In this document: in pieces, positions 1-9,919 of the stretch | Numbering within the stretch: the stretch's first letter is position 1 | How the letters are laid out: the number at the start of each line of letters is the position of its first letter | From: Thermodesulfobacteriota bacterium | GTDB lineage: Bacteria > Desulfobacterota_D > UBA1144 > Nemesobacterales > UBA2774 | Length of the DNA: 64,000 nt | Reading direction: 5' to 3' | Assembly: GCA_965216785.1 (NCBI GenBank) | Contig: OZ244197.1 | Span: 1,504,001 to 1,568,000 of the forward strand | Notes under the pieces: generated by a model | What the model was told of the DNA's origin: nothing | Database searches by the model: none | Seen by the model: the letters and a program-made list of their open reading frames with translations, nothing else | Made by a program: the position numbers and the translations under genes

Positions 1-41
1 CGAATAACACTTGCTCCGATTAATGCTGTATTCTTATTGTC

Positions 42-794
42 ATGGAAGAGCTGGCTGAGAAAATTGCCGATGCGAGAGAAAAATTAACAGGAGCTTCGAA
101 TATACTCGTGCTCACGGGCGCCGGTATATCCGCGGAGAGCGGCATCCCCACATTCAGGGGCGAGGAAGGGCTATGGCAGAATTTCAGACCAGAAGAGCTC
201 GCGACACCCGAAGCCTTTTGGAATGACCCCAAGCTGGTTTGGGAATGGTATGAGTGGCGGAGAAGTATAGTCAAGCAATCTAAACCCAATCCCGGTCACT
301 ACGCTCTTGCCGAGCTTGAGTCCGAGACACACAATTTCACTCTAATTACACAAAATATCGACGGTCTCCATCAGATGTCGGGGAACAGAAATATCATAGA
401 GATTCACGGCAACCTGTGGCAGGTGCGCTGCACTAAATGCGGCGACATTGTGGAGAACCATGACGTGCCCATGGCAGAGCTTCCGCCCAAGTGCGCTAAG
501 TGCGGCGAGATCGGGCGTCCCAATGTTGTCTGGTTTAACGAGATAATCCCTATGGAGGTCATAGACCGCTCACTTAAGGCTATTGAAGAGTGTGATGTAA
601 TGCTCATCGTAGGCACTTCCGGGATTGTCGAGCCAGCCGCGTCAATGGGCCTTGTAGCCAAGCAAACCGGTAAATGCGTAATCGAGATTAATCTAGAGAT
701 GACGCCGAGCTCTGCTCTTTACGACCTCACTTTACTCGGAAAATCAGGCGAGATACTCCCTCTGCTCTACACGACTGAGCGTACTTACAGTTAA
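42..794 (+). CDS. cobB: NAD-dependent protein deacylase (sirtuin, class III)
   Basis: GAGISAESG, TQNIDGLH, HG motif, two CxxC Zn ligand pairs, GTS; YxxR (YEWR) typical of desuccinylase-type CobB. Confidence 0.93.
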   Translation: MEELAEKIADAREKLTGASNILVLTGAGISAESGIPTFRGEEGLWQNFRPEELATPEAFWNDPKLVWEWYEWRRSIVKQSKPNPGHYALAELESETHNFTLITQNIDGLHQMSGNRNIIEIHGNLWQVRCTKCGDIVENHDVPMAELPPKCAKCGEIGRPNVVWFNEIIPMEVIDRSLKAIEECDVMLIVGTSGIVEPAASMGLVAKQTGKCVIEINLEMTPSSALYDLTLLGKSGEILPLLYTTERTYS

Positions 795-811
795 GCTCTT
801 CCAGCTGTTCT

Positions 812-1777
812 TTAATTAAAGTCTATGGATTTATTTCCGGCGAGTCTTAAGGCTACTTTTATTGCCTCAATCATGCTCGTCGGGTCGGCATGTCCGTCCC
901 AGGCTATATCAAAAGCCGTTCCATGGTCGGGGGAGGTCCTGATTATAGGAAGACCGAGCGTAACATTGACCCCGTCTTCAAAGGAAATCATTTTAAACGG
1001 CACTAGCCCCTGGTCGTGATACATTGCCACCACAGCGTCCCACGTGCCCTGGTTTGCGTAGTAAAATAGGGTGTCAGCAGGCATCGGCCCCGTCACGTCC
1101 ACTCCAATTTCCCGTGCCTTTAATACTGCGGGCTCGATGCTCTCAATTTCTTCTCTCCCGAACGCTCCTGATTCTCCGGCGTGCGGGTTCAGGCCGCATA
1201 CGGCTATCTTTGGCTCGGGGATTTTGAAAAGATTGATGAGTGAATCGTTTGCGGTAAGTATGGTGGAAAATACTCTGTCTAATGTTATTAACCCCGGCAC
1301 GTTCGATAAGGCGGTATGAATTGTCACAAGTACGACTCTAAAGCTTGGGCCCTCGAACATCATTACCGCTTCTTCCGCATTCGTCAGATCGGCGAGCATC
1401 TCCGTATGCCCCGGATAGGCAGAACCCGCCATATGTATTGACTCTTTACATATGGGCGCGGTTATAATTGCGTCAATCTCTTTATTTAGCGCTGCCTCTA
1501 CGGCTTTTTCAATGTATGCCAAACTAGCCCTTCCGGAAGCCTCATCCGCTTTGCCCGGCATTAAATCCTCTATCCTGAAATCTCCCGTTTCGATCAGTTC
1601 GCATTCTACTTTTCTGCCCACAAGCTTCTCGGCTTTTTCAAGCACACACGCGCTTCCGAACACTATAGGCTCACACTGCTCCTGTATTTCTTCAGAGCCC
1701 AGAGCCTTAACCACAATCTCAGGCCCTATGCCGTTTAGTTCTCCCATCGTTATTCCTATCTTAGGCTTCTTGCTCAT
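812..1777 (-). CDS. pdxA: 4-hydroxythreonine-4-phosphate dehydrogenase (PdxA family)
   Basis: GIGPE, TAPICKE, GHTE, LNPHAGE, AMYHDQG, RTSPDHGTAFDIA. Confidence 0.92.
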   Translation of the reverse strand: MSKKPKIGITMGELNGIGPEIVVKALGSEEIQEQCEPIVFGSACVLEKAEKLVGRKVECELIETGDFRIEDLMPGKADEASGRASLAYIEKAVEAALNKEIDAIITAPICKESIHMAGSAYPGHTEMLADLTNAEEAVMMFEGPSFRVVLVTIHTALSNVPGLITLDRVFSTILTANDSLINLFKIPEPKIAVCGLNPHAGESGAFGREEIESIEPAVLKAREIGVDVTGPMPADTLFYYANQGTWDAVVAMYHDQGLVPFKMISFEDGVNVTLGLPIIRTSPDHGTAFDIAWDGHADPTSMIEAIKVALRLAGNKSIDFN

Positions 1778-1798
1778 AACTTTTCTTTTGCAGGTTGC

Positions 1799-2560
1799 TC
1801 AAGCGCTTAAGTTAAAAAGCCTCTTTGTGTTAGCGCTTGTGATTTCCGCTAACTCCTCTAGCGTCACGCCCCTTACCTGGGCAACAGTTTCAGCTACATG
1901 TCTAACGTAAGAAGGCTCGTTTGTTTTTCCCCTATGCGGCACCGGGGCCAGGTACGGGGAGTCCGTTTCCACAAGTATCCTGTCATCCGGAATATTCTTT
2001 GCAGCCTCCCTGTTCTCCTCTGATTTTTTAAAAGTGACTATGCCCGAGAACGAAATATAAAACCCCAGGTCCAGGTACACCTCCGCCTGCTCGTAGCCCC
2101 CCGTAAAACAGTGAATTACTCCGGTTTTCGAAGATACATCCTCTTTCTTTAAAATTTCTGTTAAATCCTCGTCCGCGTCCCTTACATGTATCACAATCGG
2201 GAGCTCGTGTTTTTTGCCGAGCTTTATATGCTCTATGAGAGATTTTATCTGTACGTCCTTTTCGGAGTTCATATAGAAATAATCAAGCCCCGTTTCACCC
2301 ACTGCTACGACCTTGGGCTCTTCTATAAAGGATTCAAGCTCTCTTATTACTTCTTCATTGGTTGTACTTGCGTTGTGTGGGTGGATGCCGACGGCGGCAT
2401 AAATATTTTCATTTGAGCGGGCTATTTCTATAGTATTGGCGGATGAGCTCAAGCTCGATGAGATTGCGACAATCCTTTCAGTCCCGGCTTCTCGGGCTCT
2501 CTTTAACACTTCGGGCAGGTCTTCAAGGGAATCCAGGTGGGCGTGGCTGTCAATCAACAT
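1799..2560 (-). CDS. tatD: TatD family hydrolase/DNase
   Basis: DSHAH, GIHPH, GETGLD, HCFTG, ETDSPYL. Confidence 0.92.
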   Translation of the reverse strand: MLIDSHAHLDSLEDLPEVLKRAREAGTERIVAISSSLSSSANTIEIARSNENIYAAVGIHPHNASTTNEEVIRELESFIEEPKVVAVGETGLDYFYMNSEKDVQIKSLIEHIKLGKKHELPIVIHVRDADEDLTEILKKEDVSSKTGVIHCFTGGYEQAEVYLDLGFYISFSGIVTFKKSEENREAAKNIPDDRILVETDSPYLAPVPHRGKTNEPSYVRHVAETVAQVRGVTLEELAEITSANTKRLFNLSA

Positions 2561-3078
2561 TATTTATCGGATTTGTCTTTTATTAACTCAAGTGATGGAG
2601 AGGCGGAGTCGGATTTACCACTACCCTTTTCTTTTAAGAGGTCCTTAAGCTCACTCATAAACTGGTTCACGTCTTTGAACGAGCGGTAAACGGATGCGAA
2701 CCTTACGTAGGCGACTTCATCTATTTCATAAAGCTTACTTATCACCCTCTCCCCAATTTCCGTACTATCTATCTCGCGGTCTCCCCTTTCCTGAAACTCC
2801 CTTTCGAGCGACGATACGAAGCTCTCTATCACGTCCATGCTTATCGGTCTTTTCTCGCATGCCTTAGTCATTCCCGACACTATCTTGCTTCGGTCAAACG
2901 GCTCCCTCACTCCGTCTTTTTTAATAATCATGAGTTCAACTTCTTCTACTCTTTCATAGGTAGTAAAGCGGCTTGCGCAGTCAAGACATTCTCGTCTGCG
3001 CCTGATAGAGGTTTCGTCCTTAGCCAGACGGGAATCTATCACTTTACTTTCGAGGCTTGAGCAAAAGGGGCATTTCAT
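2560..3078 (-). CDS. nrdR: transcriptional repressor NrdR
   Basis: MKCPFC Zn ribbon, IRRRREC, RFTTYER, ATP cone, AYVRFASVY. Confidence 0.97.
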   Translation of the reverse strand: MKCPFCSSLESKVIDSRLAKDETSIRRRRECLDCASRFTTYERVEEVELMIIKKDGVREPFDRSKIVSGMTKACEKRPISMDVIESFVSSLEREFQERGDREIDSTEIGERVISKLYEIDEVAYVRFASVYRSFKDVNQFMSELKDLLKEKGSGKSDSASPSLELIKDKSDK

Positions 3079-4326
3079 CTACGTCAGCCTATGTGAGTAA
3101 ATCGGGAATTTTTTGCACAGCTCTCGCACGTCGTCTTTAATACGGGAAAGCACTTTTTCATTTCCGGGGTTATTCAGAGCTTCTCTCATAAACGCTGAGA
3201 TTATTTCCATCTCTTCCTCTTTCATTCCCCTGGTCGTAATGGCCGGAGTGCCTATCCTTATTCCGCTCGCTACCGCAGGCGGTCTGGGATCAAACGGTAT
3301 TGCGTTTTTATTAACTGTAATCCCCGCCTGCTCGAGGGTCTCCTCGGCAATCTGCCCGGTAAGCTCAGTCTCCCTCAAGTCTACCAGCATTAGGTGGTTG
3401 TCCGTACCTCCCGAAACGAGCTTAAGCCCGCCCTCAGACATACATTCTCCCATGCGTTTTGCGTTTTTGACTATTTGTTTTTGGTATTCCTTAAATTCTG
3501 GTTCGAGCGCCTCTTTAAAAGCCACAGCCTTTGCGGCTATTACGTGCATCAGCGGTCCGCCCTGAGTCCCGGGGAACACTCTGCTGTTTATCTTTTTTCT
3601 GTGCTCTTCTTTCATCATTACCATTCCGCCCCTTGGTCCCCTAAGGGTTTTATGCGTTGTAGTGGTGACGTAGTCACAGTGGGGCACGGGGTTTGAATAC
3701 AGCCCTGCCGCTACAAGCCCTGCGGGGTGGGCTATATCTGCCATGAGCAGCGCTCCTACTTCGTCGGCAATTTCTCTGAATTTTGAAAAGTCTATGTCCC
3801 TAGGGTAGGCGCTAAAGCCGGCTACGATGAGTTTTGGCTTATGCTCGCGTGCAAGCTCTCTTATCTGCTCGTAGTCAATCAGGTTCGTATCCTCAGTCAC
3901 TCCGTAGGGTACGATGTTAAAAAGTCTTCCAGAGAAATTTACAGGGCTCCCGTGGGTCAGGTGACCCCCGTGGTCAAGGCTCATTCCCAGTACGGTGTCT
4001 CCAGGCTCGACGGCTGCGAAGTAAACTGCCATATTGGCTTGTGCTCCCGAGTGGGGCTGCACGTTTACGGCGTCGGCCCCGAAAAGCTCAAGTGCCCTGT
4101 CTCTAGCCAAGTCTTCAGCTGTGTCTACAAACTCACACCCTCCGTAGTACCTTCTCCCGGGAAGACCCTCGGCGTATTTATTTGTAAGTACAGAGCCGAG
4201 TGCTTCAAGCACAGCTTCGCTCACATAGTTTTCAGACGCAATCAGCTCCAGCTTGTACTCCTGACGCTCTGTTTCTGATATTATAGCCCGGGCTATTTCC
4301 GGATCGACTTTTTCTAGAATGGACAT
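3079..4326 (-). CDS. glyA: serine hydroxymethyltransferase
   Basis: [32 protein letters not shown]. Confidence 0.98.
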   Translation of the reverse strand: MSILEKVDPEIARAIISETERQEYKLELIASENYVSEAVLEALGSVLTNKYAEGLPGRRYYGGCEFVDTAEDLARDRALELFGADAVNVQPHSGAQANMAVYFAAVEPGDTVLGMSLDHGGHLTHGSPVNFSGRLFNIVPYGVTEDTNLIDYEQIRELAREHKPKLIVAGFSAYPRDIDFSKFREIADEVGALLMADIAHPAGLVAAGLYSNPVPHCDYVTTTTHKTLRGPRGGMVMMKEEHRKKINSRVFPGTQGGPLMHVIAAKAVAFKEALEPEFKEYQKQIVKNAKRMGECMSEGGLKLVSGGTDNHLMLVDLRETELTGQIAEETLEQAGITVNKNAIPFDPRPPAVASGIRIGTPAITTRGMKEEEMEIISAFMREALNNPGNEKVLSRIKDDVRELCKKFPIYSHRLT

Positions 4327-4356
4327 TAAGACACTAACCCCCTAATTTGAACCATT

Positions 4357-4385
4357 AGCGTATCAAATATTGATGTAGTTGGCAA
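4357..4385 (-). promoter_or_regulatory. sigma70-type promoter of the glyA-nrdR-tatD-pdxA run
   Basis: TTGCCA-N17-TACGCT with TG extended -10 on minus strand, 30 nt above the glyA ATG. Confidence 0.55.
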
Positions 4386-4605
4386 GCTTTCTCAAGCCTC
4401 GTACTCAATACAGAATCCGCAATTATTTATATATAGGCTTGATTGATTTAAGCAAGGGTTCAGTAGAATTGCCAGCCCATATAATCTTGATTAGACTTGA
4501 AAAGATAAGAAGGTTATTTATAAGCAGGGAATTCTTGGGTCTAAAACGTTATGCTATGATATGTAGTAAAATAGTATTAGAGTTGAAAATTGGTTAGGGA
4601 TTATC

Positions 4606-7600
4606 ATGGATGATCATATAGGTTCAGCAAAAACCGATTCAGAAAGTGAGGTTAAGGATAAATCCTCACAATCCAAAGACACAACAGAGCAAAAGCAAAA
4701 CACCCGGAATAACGGCGATATTAATGCTCAGCAAAATGCTCAAGACGAGCTTATGAAAAGTAAGAACCGCCTCGAGCTAATGAGTAATATTGCCTCTGAA
4801 TTTAATTCTCACGCTACCTTGGACTCGATAATCGAGAACGCGGTCCGGAAAATAAGCGAGTTTTTCAAGGATTTCCGAATAGTTTATTCAACTATAGATA
4901 GTAAGGGGCTTATGAAATGCAAGATCTCCAGCCAGCCCGAGAGTATGGGTAGTGTAGAGGGTCTTGAAGTAGACCTGTCCGCCGAGCCCGGGTACTTACA
5001 TGCCCTTGGTGCCAAAGGTGTGCTAGTCTCTGAGGATATTACTAAAGATGAAAGATTCAGCGCTTTTAAGGAAAAGCTTTTGAGCATTAAAGCAAGAGCT
5101 CTGGTGGATGTGCCCGTATTCGATTCAAGCGGCCTGGCTGGACTTGTATGTATCGATTCTCCCGAGCCGTATAAATGGTCCGAATACGAGATTAAGACCT
5201 TAAAGGAAGCTTCCGCAAATCTGGGTCTTGCCATCAAAAAAGCCCAAATCGAACAAGAGAGAAAGGAATACGAAAATTCCTTAAACAGAACTCTCCAAAA
5301 CTTATCGCGGAAGAATACATATGAATCAATTATTAGCTCTGTCACAAGATCCGTACATCAATCTATAAATGTCCAAGAAGTTTTCGAGCACGCACTTGAT
5401 TCCATGATTAAGAATATAAAAGGCGCGAAAAACATTTCTATTTATATGGTTGAGGATAAAGATGCGGTTCTTAGAGCTTACAGAGGATACGTTGGGAAAC
5501 ATATTGAAAGGATAAGGAGAATTCCATATCCGCACGGTTCAACCTGGAAGACCATTATCGAAGGCTCGCCCAGATATGTTCCGGACGTTGAGGCTGATGA
5601 CGTACTCGGTCAGGCAGGTAGAGATTTGGGAATTCAATGCTACATAGCCATGCCTATTAAATCTGAGGGTGAATCTGTAGGGTGTATACATATAGTTTCA
5701 TTTGATAAGGACCAATTTAGCAAGGAAGAATTCTCATTACTCGAGAAGGTAGTTCAGCAGTTGGAAGCCGCAATCAAAAACGCTAGACAGGCTGAAGTCC
5801 TTCGCCAGTCTGAAGAACGCTACCGCGCCTTATTCGACCAATCCCCCGTAGGGGTATATATATTCGATACCGATTTTAAGATTACAAACTGTAACAAACG
5901 TATGGAGGAGATTCTTGATACTCCTTATGAACATATAGTTGGGATAGACATTAGCACATTTAAAAACACTCGTATATTTTCACTTATAAAAGAAGTACTT
6001 AATGGACAGCCAGGCATGTATGAAGGGTTTTGCGAAGTATCGAGCGGGCCGGTTAGGCCGTATGTATGTATCAGACTCACGCCACTCAGAGATGAAAAGC
6101 AAAACGTAGTCGGCGGCATGGCAGTGATTGAGGATATAACAGAGCGAAGACTTGCCGAAGAGAAGCTGTCTATCCAGGAAAAGCGCATTCGGTCTCTCTA
6201 TGAAATTTCTGCTGAGCCAGGGTTCGGTATTGACCAGCAGATAATACAGACCCTAAAAACGGGCTGTGACATGCTCGGATTAGACATAGGTATAATCGGT
6301 CATGTTGTAGATAAAGTTTATACGGTGCTTTATTGCTTTGATCAGTCAAATACTATTACTCAGGGGCTTAAATTCAATTTAGACATAACTTACTGCAGTA
6401 TTACACTTGCCGAAAATGACGTCGTAGCTATGGATCATGTGAAGATCTCGGAATATAGAAACCATTCTTGCTATAAGGAATTTAAGCTCGAAACCTATAT
6501 TGGGGTTCCTCTAAGTGTTAAAGGTGAGATATTCGGGACTATAAATTTCTCGAGTCCGCAGCCCAGAGAGATACCGTTTAGCAATTCTGATAAAGAATTT
6601 ATTAGACTGATGGGTAGATGGGTCAGCACAATGATCGAACGGAAGCAGACCGAAGTCATGTTGAAAGACAAGGAAGAGCTGTACAGGACTCTAGTTGAAA
6701 ACGCTCACGATCTTATTATAGAGACAAAGATCGACGGGACTGTTGTTTATATGAATTCGAACCACAAGTACCTCCTTGGTTATGATAAACCGGATCTAAT
6801 GGGAAAAACGGTATTTGACTATATCCACGAGGACGATCGCAGGCCTGTGACATCTGAGTTCATGAGGGCTATAATGTCCGATAGCGCGGCGCATTCAGTC
6901 TTCCGGTTTAAGCATAATAACGGCGAGTGGCGCTGGCTTGAGAGCACGGGAAAGTCTTTTAAAACATCAGACGGTGAGCGACGCTGGGTTATCGATTCAA
7001 GGGATATAACTCAGCGCAAAAAGACCGAGGAGCAGATCCGGAAATCGCTCAAGGAGAAGGAATCGCTCCTTCGCGAGATACACCACAGGGTGAAGAACAA
7101 TCTTCAGGTTATATCGAGCCTCCTGAGTCTTCAGTCCGATTATTCAAAAGGCGTAGATTCCTCAAGGCTATTTGAGGAGAGTCAGAACCGAATTTCCGCA
7201 ATAGCGCTAATACACGAGCAGCTATACCAGTCAGAAGACCTTGCTGAGATTGATATGGGGGAGTATATAGCCGATTTAGCTGACAACCTGCTAACGGTTT
7301 ACGGGGATGAAGGCAGTAACGTCAGCGTGGAGTTCAACACTAATGATTTGAGTGTTGACATAGACACGGCCATACCTTGCGGGCTGATTATCAACGAGCT
7401 GTTTTCTAACTGCCTTAAGCATGCTTTTAAATACTGCGGAAAAGATGGTAACAAAAAAGAGGGACTGATAAGCGTAGGGTTTAATTCTTCTACAGAGGGT
7501 CAATATATATTAAGTGTTGCGGATAACGGGTGCGGGCTGCCTCCCGGATTGGATTTCAGGGAGACCGAAACACTCGGTCTTCAGCTTGTCTGTACCCTTA

Positions 7601-7686
7601 CGGATCAGCTACATGGAGACATAGAGCTAAGTGCCGGTAAAGGGGCAAAATTTGATATAAGGTTTCCCAACCAGGTGCGTAGTTAA
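4606..7686 (+). CDS. cytoplasmic GAF/PAS multi-sensor histidine kinase (HisKA_2 type)
   Basis: GAF-GAF-PAS-GAF-PAS, then EIHHRVKNNLQ H-box, NELFSN, DNG.G, LGL boxes; no obvious TM segment. Confidence 0.9.
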   Translation: MDDHIGSAKTDSESEVKDKSSQSKDTTEQKQNTRNNGDINAQQNAQDELMKSKNRLELMSNIASEFNSHATLDSIIENAVRKISEFFKDFRIVYSTIDSKGLMKCKISSQPESMGSVEGLEVDLSAEPGYLHALGAKGVLVSEDITKDERFSAFKEKLLSIKARALVDVPVFDSSGLAGLVCIDSPEPYKWSEYEIKTLKEASANLGLAIKKAQIEQERKEYENSLNRTLQNLSRKNTYESIISSVTRSVHQSINVQEVFEHALDSMIKNIKGAKNISIYMVEDKDAVLRAYRGYVGKHIERIRRIPYPHGSTWKTIIEGSPRYVPDVEADDVLGQAGRDLGIQCYIAMPIKSEGESVGCIHIVSFDKDQFSKEEFSLLEKVVQQLEAAIKNARQAEVLRQSEERYRALFDQSPVGVYIFDTDFKITNCNKRMEEILDTPYEHIVGIDISTFKNTRIFSLIKEVLNGQPGMYEGFCEVSSGPVRPYVCIRLTPLRDEKQNVVGGMAVIEDITERRLAEEKLSIQEKRIRSLYEISAEPGFGIDQQIIQTLKTGCDMLGLDIGIIGHVVDKVYTVLYCFDQSNTITQGLKFNLDITYCSITLAENDVVAMDHVKISEYRNHSCYKEFKLETYIGVPLSVKGEIFGTINFSSPQPREIPFSNSDKEFIRLMGRWVSTMIERKQTEVMLKDKEELYRTLVENAHDLIIETKIDGTVVYMNSNHKYLLGYDKPDLMGKTVFDYIHEDDRRPVTSEFMRAIMSDSAAHSVFRFKHNNGEWRWLESTGKSFKTSDGERRWVIDSRDITQRKKTEEQIRKSLKEKESLLREIHHRVKNNLQVISSLLSLQSDYSKGVDSSRLFEESQNRISAIALIHEQLYQSEDLAEIDMGEYIADLADNLLTVYGDEGSNVSVEFNTNDLSVDIDTAIPCGLIINELFSNCLKHAFKYCGKDGNKKEGLISVGFNSSTEGQYILSVADNGCGLPPGLDFRETETLGLQLVCTLTDQLHGDIELSAGKGAKFDIRFPNQVRS
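7023..7406 (+). repeat. 384-bp direct repeat, copy 1 (kinase DHp and start of HATPase)
   Basis: read base by base against 8825-9208: identical except A7342 vs G9144. Confidence 0.95.
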
Positions 7687-9488
7687 TGAGTGTATCTAAT
7701 CCGGAGTCGTTTACAGAAAGTCTCGAAAATTACAGGGAAATATTTCAGAATTTAAATGTTATGGTCACCATTCATGACGAACATGGTGATATAGCTGTCG
7801 TAAATAAAAGGGTTGTTGATTTTCTTGGATATGCCGAAGACGAGATGCTTTCAGTAAGCATTACCGATATGACTACTGCAGAATCTCACCCCTCGTTTTT
7901 AGAACTACTCGAAACTACAATACGAAGTGGTTCATCAACAAAGGAAGTATCTTTCAGAAAGAAAAACGGTGATGTGATCCCCGCAAAAGTGTCTTCAAAT
8001 CTGATTCGGATAAATGGCGAGAAATATATTCTGAGCGTAATGGATGAGGTGACAGAGCTCAAGGAAGTGGAAAAGGAGCTCACGGAAAAAAACCTGTTTA
8101 TCGACTCCATCATTGAGAATATTCCTAACACGATTTTCGTAAAAGATGCGAAAGAGCTTAGGTTTGTGAGGTTTAATAAGGCAGGGGAAGAGCTTCTCGG
8201 ATACTCGAGGAGTGAAATGCTGGGCAAGAACGACTACGACTTTTTCCCCGGAGAAGAAGCCGATTTTTTCACAAATAAAGATAGGGCTGTTCTAAATAGC
8301 AAAGAACTTTTAGATATATCGGAAGAGCAAATACACACAAAAAATATGGGTGTAAGGACGCTTCATACAAAAAAAATCACTATTAACGACGAACATGGGA
8401 ACCCAAAGTATCTCTTAGGAATTTCAGAGGATATTACTGAGCGCAAGAAAGCAGAGGATATGCTCCGGGAAAATGAGGAGTACTATCGTTCAGTAGTTGA
8501 AAATGCTCATGATCTCATAATAGAAACCAATAACTCTGGAACATTTATATATGTGAGTCCCAACCACAAGACTGTCTTAGGGTATGAACCTCAAGAGCTA
8601 GTAGGTACAAGCATTTTTAAAAACATTCATCCCGATGATGTAAAAGATGTTGTTTCAAAATTTTCACAAGCTGTTGTTAGTCAATCTAATGGCCACGGTA
8701 TTTTCAGGTACAGGCATAGTAGTGGTGAATGGAGGTGGTTTGAGACTAACGGCAGGCCCATTAATACTCCTTCTGGTCAGGTGAGGATCATCTTACATTC
8801 CCGCGACATAACAGAGCGTGTGAGGACCGAGGAGCAGATCCGGAAATCGCTCAAGGAGAAGGAATCGCTCCTTCGCGAGATACACCACAGGGTGAAGAAC
8901 AATCTTCAGGTTATATCGAGCCTCCTGAGTCTTCAGTCCGATTATTCAAAAGGCGTAGATTCCTCAAGGCTATTTGAGGAGAGTCAGAACCGAATTTCCG
9001 CAATAGCGCTAATACACGAGCAGCTATACCAGTCAGAAGACCTTGCTGAGATTGATATGGGGGAGTATATAGCCGATTTAGCTGACAACCTGCTAACGGT
9101 TTACGGGGATGAAGGCAGTAACGTCAGCGTGGAGTTCAACACTGATGATTTGAGTGTTGACATAGACACGGCCATACCTTGCGGGCTGATTATCAACGAG
9201 CTGTTTTCCAATTGTTTGAAGCACGCATTTACTCCGGTGATTTCTGGTACAACAAACGGAACTATAAAAAATCTAATATCCGTAGGATTCAGATCCGAGG
9301 CTAGTGGTGAACTTGTTCTCTCGGTGAAAGACAACGGCGTAGGACTTCCGGAGGGACTTGATTATAAAAATACCGAGTCCCTTGGTCTTCAGCTTGTTTG
9401 TACGCTTACAGATCAGCTCGGTGGTAGTATAGAAGTTAAGAACGGGGTTGGATGTGAATTCAGAATCACTTTCCCCTCTGAGGTTTGA
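7686..9488 (+). CDS. PAS-PAS-PAS histidine kinase (HisKA_2 type)
   Basis: three PAS/PAC repeats (DITERK-type linkers) plus EIHHRVKNNLQ and HATPase; start overlaps upstream stop (TAATG). Confidence 0.9.
   Translation: MSVSNPESFTESLENYREIFQNLNVMVTIHDEHGDIAVVNKRVVDFLGYAEDEMLSVSITDMTTAESHPSFLELLETTIRSGSSTKEVSFRKKNGDVIPAKVSSNLIRINGEKYILSVMDEVTELKEVEKELTEKNLFIDSIIENIPNTIFVKDAKELRFVRFNKAGEELLGYSRSEMLGKNDYDFFPGEEADFFTNKDRAVLNSKELLDISEEQIHTKNMGVRTLHTKKITINDEHGNPKYLLGISEDITERKKAEDMLRENEEYYRSVVENAHDLIIETNNSGTFIYVSPNHKTVLGYEPQELVGTSIFKNIHPDDVKDVVSKFSQAVVSQSNGHGIFRYRHSSGEWRWFETNGRPINTPSGQVRIILHSRDITERVRTEEQIRKSLKEKESLLREIHHRVKNNLQVISSLLSLQSDYSKGVDSSRLFEESQNRISAIALIHEQLYQSEDLAEIDMGEYIADLADNLLTVYGDEGSNVSVEFNTDDLSVDIDTAIPCGLIINELFSNCLKHAFTPVISGTTNGTIKNLISVGFRSEASGELVLSVKDNGVGLPEGLDYKNTESLGLQLVCTLTDQLGGSIEVKNGVGCEFRITFPSEV
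8825..9208 (+). repeat. 384-bp direct repeat, copy 2
   Basis: 383/384 identical to 7023-7406, offset 1802 bp. Confidence 0.95.
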
Positions 9489-9550
9489 GAGCGTTTAGAT
9501 TTTAAATCTAAAAGGGCTTTTATTATAAGTTCTTAAAATCTTGCAGTGAG

Positions 9551-9919
9551 CTATATGTTTAGCTGAACATCAAAGCTGCCGATATTTACTTTAGCCGCAA
9601 GCCCGTTTTTAAAGCATATATCTCGGACATCTCCCTGTAAGTCTTTAGGAACAAGTAAAGACAGCTTGACGCCGAGTTCGGATAGCTCTTTCCATTTCCC
9701 CACACGCTCCTCATTTATTGTCTCTTTTGTTTCAACCTCGACTACTTGAACCACCTGTCCATAGTTTACAAACACAGCGTCTGGGTATTTCCCCATGTGC
9801 TCAAAATTCTTTTCGGTCCCCGGGTTGATATGGACATCGCTGTAAAGACGGGAATATTTGCCCTTTATTTTTCTAATCACCCAATCGTGTAAAAACTGCT
9901 CATCCGTCGATCTTTCCAT
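9551..9919 (-). CDS. hypothetical protein, possible PD-(D/E)xK-like nuclease fold
   Basis: 122 aa ORF overlapping the nadK end; YPDAV...VEVET pattern. Confidence 0.6.
   Translation of the reverse strand: MERSTDEQFLHDWVIRKIKGKYSRLYSDVHINPGTEKNFEHMGKYPDAVFVNYGQVVQVVEVETKETINEERVGKWKELSELGVKLSLLVPKDLQGDVRDICFKNGLAAKVNIGSFDVQLNI

Noticed and set aside
4327-4605. ZTP or glycine riboswitch upstream of glyA (also looked upstream of purC and serA)
   Set aside because: The predicted leaders are short and show no aptamer consensus.
7023-9208. Near-identical repeat as a DGR template/variable repeat pair
   Set aside because: Only one mismatch, both copies are inside coding kinase cores, and there is no reverse transcriptase in the window.
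9494-9512. Palindrome TTTAGATTT-T-AAATCTAAA between convergent genes
   Set aside because: AT-rich with no GC stem; at most a weak bidirectional terminator.
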